NCBI GenBank assembly: GCA_024275815.1
Contig: JAJRYI010000104.1
Span: 1 to 28,196 of the forward strand
DNA length: 28,196 bases
Reading direction: 5' to 3'
From: Actinomycetes bacterium
GTDB lineage: Bacteria; Actinomycetota; Acidimicrobiia; Spongiisociales; UBA5794
In this document: positions 27,559 through 28,196 of the stretch, piece by piece
Layout of the letters: each line of letters begins with the position of its first letter
How positions within the stretch are numbered: position 1 is the stretch's first letter
Made by a program: the position numbers and the translations under genes
Notes under the pieces: generated by a model
The model's database searches: none
The model's input: the letters and a program-made list of their open reading frames with translations, nothing else
Told to the model about the DNA's origin: nothing

Positions 27559-27565
27559 TGCCGCC

Positions 27566-28183
27566 ATGAAGGATCCGATCCCGGAATCGACCGTCGCGAG
27601 GCTGCCTCGCTATCTGCGCTGCCTCTCGGACATAGCAGTCAGCGAGGCGAAGTGCTCCTCGGAGGAGCTCGCTGAGGCCGCGGGCGTCAACAGTGCTCAG
27701 ATCCGCAAGGACTTCTCGTACCTCGGGGCGTACGGAACCCGTGGTGTCGGGTACGACATCGCCGACCTCTCCAGTCAGATCCGCACCGTGCTCGGCCTCA
27801 CCCGAACGTACCCCGTCGTCATCGTCGGGGCAGGAAACCTCGGAAATGCCTTGACGAACTACGGGGGGTTCCGGGCATGGGGGTTCGAGATCGTCGCCGT
27901 CGTCGACATCGACCCGAACAAGGTCGGTCAGCCAGTCGATGGCCTGACGATCGAGCCGATGCATGATCTCGTGAGGATCGTCGACGACAACTCGATCGAG
28001 ATCGGGATCATCGCCACACCAGCATCCGCAGCCCAAACCACCGTCAACCGCCTGGCCGACGCCGGGGTCACATCGATCCTCAACCTCGCCCCGATCATTC
28101 TCAAAGCCCCCGACGGTGTCCAGATCCGCCGCGTCGACCTATCGACCGAACTCGGCATCCTCGCGTATCACCGGAACACCTAA
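27566..28183 (+). CDS. rex: Redox-sensing transcriptional repressor Rex
   Basis: IPESTVARLPRYLR, SSEELA..AGVNSAQIRKDFSYLG.YG.RGVGY, Rossmann GAGNLG, AG(V)TSILNLAP. Confidence 0.95.
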   Translation: MKDPIPESTVARLPRYLRCLSDIAVSEAKCSSEELAEAAGVNSAQIRKDFSYLGAYGTRGVGYDIADLSSQIRTVLGLTRTYPVVIVGAGNLGNALTNYGGFRAWGFEIVAVVDIDPNKVGQPVDGLTIEPMHDLVRIVDDNSIEIGIIATPASAAQTTVNRLADAGVTSILNLAPIILKAPDGVQIRRVDLSTELGILAYHRNT

Positions 28184-28196
28184 CGGCCATCGGCCA

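Noticed and set aside
1-28196. Mobile elements, tRNA/rRNA, CRISPR arrays or long direct repeats marking an island boundary
   Set aside because: No transposase or integrase ORF, regularly spaced repeat or RNA-gene signature was seen by eye. The intergenic gaps are all under about 180 bp.

Overview
High-GC bacterial chromosomal window, probably from an actinobacterium (Acidimicrobiia-like; this is inferred from the style of the Nuo proteins and the TANNNT promoters). It holds two convergent complex I-family gene clusters. Plus strand, 1-6954: the 3' end of a divergent complex I-like operon (degenerate NuoD-like C-terminus, then nuoH-J-K-L-M-N with no nuoI). Its NuoH lacks the quinone-site and E-channel motifs, and its NuoJ carries a Met-rich helix. 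Minus strand, 12772-27457: a full 14-gene nuoA-N operon, divergent from the redox repressor rex (27566-28183). Two of its genes, nuoI and nuoM, are each interrupted by a single in-frame TAG, with conserved sequence continuing in the same frame. Between the clusters lie a septum-formation-type lipoprotein, an Fe3+ ABC transporter (fbpABC-like) and a bactofilin-like beta-helix membrane protein whose gene overlaps the end of nuoN. No tRNA, rRNA, IS, integrase or CRISPR array was seen.
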